From NCBI GenBank assembly GCA_051362555.1, contig CM120642.1, forward strand, positions 20,584,001 to 20,648,000: a DNA stretch of 64,000 bases, read 5' to 3'. Source of the stretch: Lingula anatina. Lineage: Eukaryota > Animalia > Brachiopoda. The notes beneath the pieces were generated by a model that worked only from the letters and a program-made list of their open reading frames with translations, was not told the origin of the DNA and ran no database searches. Every line of letters begins with the position of its first letter. Position 1 is the first letter of the stretch. Positions 60,682 to 64,000 of the stretch are shown here, piece by piece. Position numbers and translations under genes: made by a program.

Positions 60682-63600
60682 ATTTTCTTCTTTTGGTTCT
60701 GATTTAATGCAGATGAACCATCTGAAATGGCATTGACACTGTCATAACTATATTTCTAATGGCAAGAAACATGGTTGAGGAAATAGTACACCAAGAATTA
60801 ACAAGAAAATACAGGAACCAGTGCAGTAATACATGTTGCATTATACTGGAGACGAGAGTGACATGGTATATCAGTATGCACTTGGTGATCAAATACATAT
60901 GACAAAGCAAACGGCCATTATTAGATCTATTTGAATTAAAAACCTGCGTAAGTGGCAAGTCCTGTAGACAAGGAAATAAAGGGCTGTCTATCAAAGCTCG
61001 CTGAGATCTGGGATTACTGCCACTTAAAGTGATGATAATGATACTAATGGCCAAATGACTAGTTTGAGCTGATGATGCTATCGCCTGGTTTGGCTTGAGT
61101 GACAGCGTGGCAGTTGGTGCAAGGGGTGGGGATGGCACCAGTTGATTTCTTACCAGTATAATGCGCCACCAGTGATCAGAGACTGTGGCAGTTTACTTGT
61201 TTTAAAGGGAATTTCATGTTACATTGGGTTTGGTTAGGAGGAACCTCCCTTGGTGTTGCTATATCTAATAAGTCGTGGAAATCTATGCATAGGTGCATCA
61301 TCTTGAAATTAGATGATTAAAGAAAATTAATCTTGTAAAGTTGTGGATTTCTTTTCTGAACAAAGATGATAACATGGGTGGGATGTGCTGTTGTTTTGAT
61401 AACTGTGCAATTGCTCTTTATCCATGAAAGCATGAAATTGTTGTGGTATATATATATACTAGTTGGAGGTCTTTGACAGAGAAACCACAATTGAGGGACA
61501 AGTGCATTAGAAAGAGCAAGATCTGGCTTGGATCCAGATGCAATGCAATTTGTTTTTAAATCAAAGAAGGAATAGCTTGTGTTATATTGTGCCTGTTGCC
61601 AGAAAATTCTAAAGGGGACTCTATTTCTGAAAAAGAGTACCTTTGTACCCATTGGTTAATCTTTGTTAAGAAATTGCCCCAAAAAATTAAGTTTTGTTTT
61701 AGTTTACAATTTTTTGGACGTAAAGGTGGTGAAAATCAATCCCCTCCCCCTACCTATCAGAAATAAATCCTATTTCTAGGTATTTCCTTATTTCTTTGTT
61801 CTATCCTAGTCCTGTCCTTGTTTCTAGTGCAATCTGGACATGCAATTTCAACAATTAATTGTACTTTACATTTTATAATTAATCCTTCATGTTTATCGTG
61901 TGTATTTATCATAGTTGAATGAACGGATGTTGGCATTGTTTCTAAGACATGCACAAAAGTTGTTACATGGTGGTGAGCCATCAGAAATATTATATGAAGC
62001 ATTTCAGAGCTTTGATTTTTGTCTCTTAACTTTTTCAACAAGATACTTTTTGGCATTATTTGATATGTGAGAAAGTTGCATTGTTTGACATGAATAAGTC
62101 AAAGGATTTTTTGTCTGTTCCAGATATTTTGCCACGCAGCATAACTCCACGGCAAGACAAGTGTTGTCTCACTCGCACCATCCTCAGTATGGGTAAGACT
62201 GACCCAACCACTGGTCTATGGCCCCATTCAGAATAGGGGACTAACTAGTCTGAGGGCCAACCTACTTGAATACTTGCCCACAGGATATCTGTTCAGTGTC
62301 TATTAGCGGATTAGATGGCAAGCTTTGTAGTGGGTCACCATATTTGACCCTCAGACTAGTTATTCCCCCATTCTGAATGGGGCCTATATCATAGCATTTA
62401 TTACTAAGATTGCAGGGTGAATGAGAAAAGCACTCAGACAGTACCAACCCCCACCAAAGCAGCTCTCTTCTCATTATTAATTTATGGCTCAACAACAAAA
62501 TTCGATATCCGTAACTTTTCAAGTTAGGCTGTATACTAACAATTTAATAAAGGCAGAAAATACATAATGTCCTTGTCAGAGGCAATTAAATGCTGTTTTG
62601 AGTTACTGCAGTGATCTGAAATTTAAGAAAGTTTCTGATGTCTTAAAGGTACTGTGTGCTTTACTTCATTTGACTGATCAGTTCTGTTCATAACCTCTAG
62701 TGTCAGTCACCTTAACATAAGAAAAATAACAGATGTCGCCTGTGCCATATGTCCATATGATGGAACCTTTACATATAGTTTTAGTAAGGATAAACATGTT
62801 TGTCATGTAAAGATTTCATTAGAAAATCTGCAGATTATTTTTCAAACACCTGTGACAAAGAAGAACACATAGAACAGACAATGATGGTTTTATATTTCTT
62901 CCATTCATTTCTAACTCACAATATATCAGTTTTCAATATTTCTTTGGTTTTTATAATGCAGTAGGGATTAAAAAAACTCTTTGACTTTGTTTGCTGAAAA
63001 GATCCTACTTAGTTGGAATATGATTTTAAAAAAATTTAGTAAAAGATGTTCTGGCATTTGCCAGACATGCACCTATTTAAAAAATGATAATTATGATAAT
63101 AGCTCTATAATAAAGTATAATAACAAATTGCTGTATATTTCAGGTATTCTTTTGCTATAGTGGGTATCAACCTGACGGGGGTGGCTCACCAGCTGTTGAT
63201 CTCAGGAGCTCTCAAGACACACTTCTACAATGTGGTACAGGGCAAACCTAAGCTAGATCACTTCCATCAAGTGTATTGTAAGTACTGCCTGCCTCCCTGC
63301 CTGAACAGAATGGCTAATTGTTCCACAGTCCTGTTCACATTGAGTGGGGAAGTTTTCTGTATCATACCAGTTTGACTGGCCCTGCAATTACATTATGATC
63401 TATTATCCTTCACAAGCCTCAATGTACCAATCTAATTTAATCCAGTAATCTGGCCGTTTCAATAGTGGGGGCTCCATTTAAGCAATTTTCTTACACTATT
63501 ATGGCTAATAAGTTATCAGTGTCAAATAATGGTATGGAAAAACTTGAACTGTGCAATGTGAGAAGGGCCTACATGTCTGGGAAATAATAGGTGTTTATTT

Positions 63601-63988
63601 GTGTATGCGAAAAGTAAACTGGTATATTTCTGGTTGGAACCAAACAGCATGTTTCTTACTATGAGAGATACATGTTTATTGCTGAGCTGTATGATTCAAA
63701 GTTAATTTAGAGGTTTCACAATTTTTAACTGCTGTATACTGCTGTATTAAATGAATTCCTTGAAAAGTTAGAGAATAACTTTTTGTGAAAAAAAAACAAC
63801 TGAATTTTGTTTTGCTTGTTCTTTTAGGCTATCTTTTCCATGAATTTGACAAGTTCTGGCTTGCAGAGAAGCCCCACATCATGGAGTTCAACAAAGTAAA
63901 GGCCAAGTTTGCTAAAAGGATTGTAATGCATCTGAAGGACAGAAATGCCACTTTATCTATGAAGTTTGTCACAAGTGAGGCCAAGTGA
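45013..63988 (+). CDS. ELMOD2: ELMO domain-containing protein (ELMOD1/ELMOD2 orthologue; ARF/ARL GAP), 7 coding exons, 303 aa
   Basis: Phase-consistent exons total 912 nt and end in TGA. Motifs: KWLLRKVTGKCELLRI, WGDIGFQGDDPMTDFRGMGLLGL (ELMO GAP signature), HPQYGYSFAIVGINLT, YLFHEFDKFW..E.P..IMEFN. Confidence 0.95.
45594..45892. mobile_element. Palindromic MITE-like element, distantly similar to family A
   Basis: Inverted arms TAGCAGGATCA.TCTA / TAGACTGATCCTGCTA and AATGTAATCAGCTTAATTGTCTGGCA / TGCCAGACAATTAAGCTGATTACATT. Confidence 0.6.
47279..47653 (-). mobile_element. Short internally deleted HINE-like copy interrupted by a MITE
   Basis: Both termini are present (TTGACAGCTTTGCTGCCTTGTT at ~47632-47653; hairpin halves at 47279-47292 and 47511-47525). 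Confidence 0.65.
47293..47507. mobile_element. MITE family A copy
   Basis: Near-identical to 26438-26662; flanked by a CTA direct repeat. Confidence 0.78.
50543..50600. repeat. Interrupted (TG)n microsatellite
   Basis: Directly visible. Confidence 0.9.
52888..52939. repeat. (GT)n(AT)n microsatellite
   Basis: Directly visible. Confidence 0.9.
53763..53889 (+). CDS. ELMOD2: ELMOD coding exon 2
   Basis: EKSLKHSKFQALKRLLTDNHVNIDQAVEQILSIKSITVEVHP; phase 1-2. Confidence 0.88.
58753..58882 (+). CDS. ELMOD2: ELMOD coding exon 3
   Basis: FQPTIHICLTQICGYREFITELESVRKTPYSSENNRHEEMLLE. Confidence 0.92.
60016..60149 (+). CDS. ELMOD2: ELMOD coding exon 4 (GAP motif)
   Basis: LWQKLMPDVPLQSRYNRQWGDIGFQGDDPMTDFRGMGLLGLQNL. 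Confidence 0.96.
60630..60681. repeat. (CA)n(GA)n compound microsatellite
   Basis: Directly visible. Confidence 0.9.
62124..62192 (+). CDS. ELMOD2: ELMOD coding exon 5
   Basis: YFATQHNSTARQVLSHSHHPQYG. Confidence 0.93.
62220..62384. mobile_element. 165-bp MITE just downstream of ELMOD exon 5
   Basis: TIR GGCCCCATTCAGAAT.GGGGA.TAACTAGTCTGAGGG and its reverse complement; TAT on both flanks. Confidence 0.8.
63144..63277 (+). CDS. ELMOD2: ELMOD coding exon 6
   Basis: YSFAIVGINLTGVAHQLLISGALKTHFYNVVQGKPKLDHFHQVY. Confidence 0.95.
63828..63988 (+). CDS. ELMOD2: ELMOD coding exon 7 (terminal)
   Basis: CYLFHEFDKFWLAEKPHIMEFNKVKAKFAKRIVMHLKDRNATLSMKFVTSEAK*. Confidence 0.95.
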
Positions 63989-64000
63989 CTGTCATTCCTT

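Noticed and set aside
1-64000. tRNA, rRNA, snoRNA genes and U12-type introns
   Set aside because: None recognised by eye and all parsed introns are GT-AG without the GTATCCT signature; tRNAscan-SE and Infernal would be needed to exclude small RNAs

Overview
AT-rich, intron-rich animal genomic DNA. It is probably a lophotrochozoan such as a mollusc, which is an inference from protein divergence and repeat types. It holds two head-to-head spliced genes. (1) TMEM131 is on the minus strand: 35 coding exons read by hand from the ATG at 40583 down to 53, about 1915 codons, with the 3' end running off the left edge. (2) An ELMOD1/2-type ELMO-domain ARF-GAP gene is on the plus strand: 7 coding exons, 45013-63988, 303 aa, complete. 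Introns and the intergenic region carry a family of non-autonomous Helentron/HINE-like elements (terminal hairpin, GACGGC microsatellite, ~160-bp internal tandem repeats). They also carry several PIF/Harbinger-like MITEs with 3-bp TSDs (some nested in the HINEs), decayed hAT- and LINE-like relics, and many microsatellites. Nearly all ORFs in the supplied track are spurious or exon read-through. I found no clear new multi-gene system. The best leads are the HINE architecture and nesting, a MITE guild with shared termini, a degenerate hammerhead-like motif in the shared promoter region, and several splicing ambiguities. All coordinates were counted by eye and may be off by a few bases.
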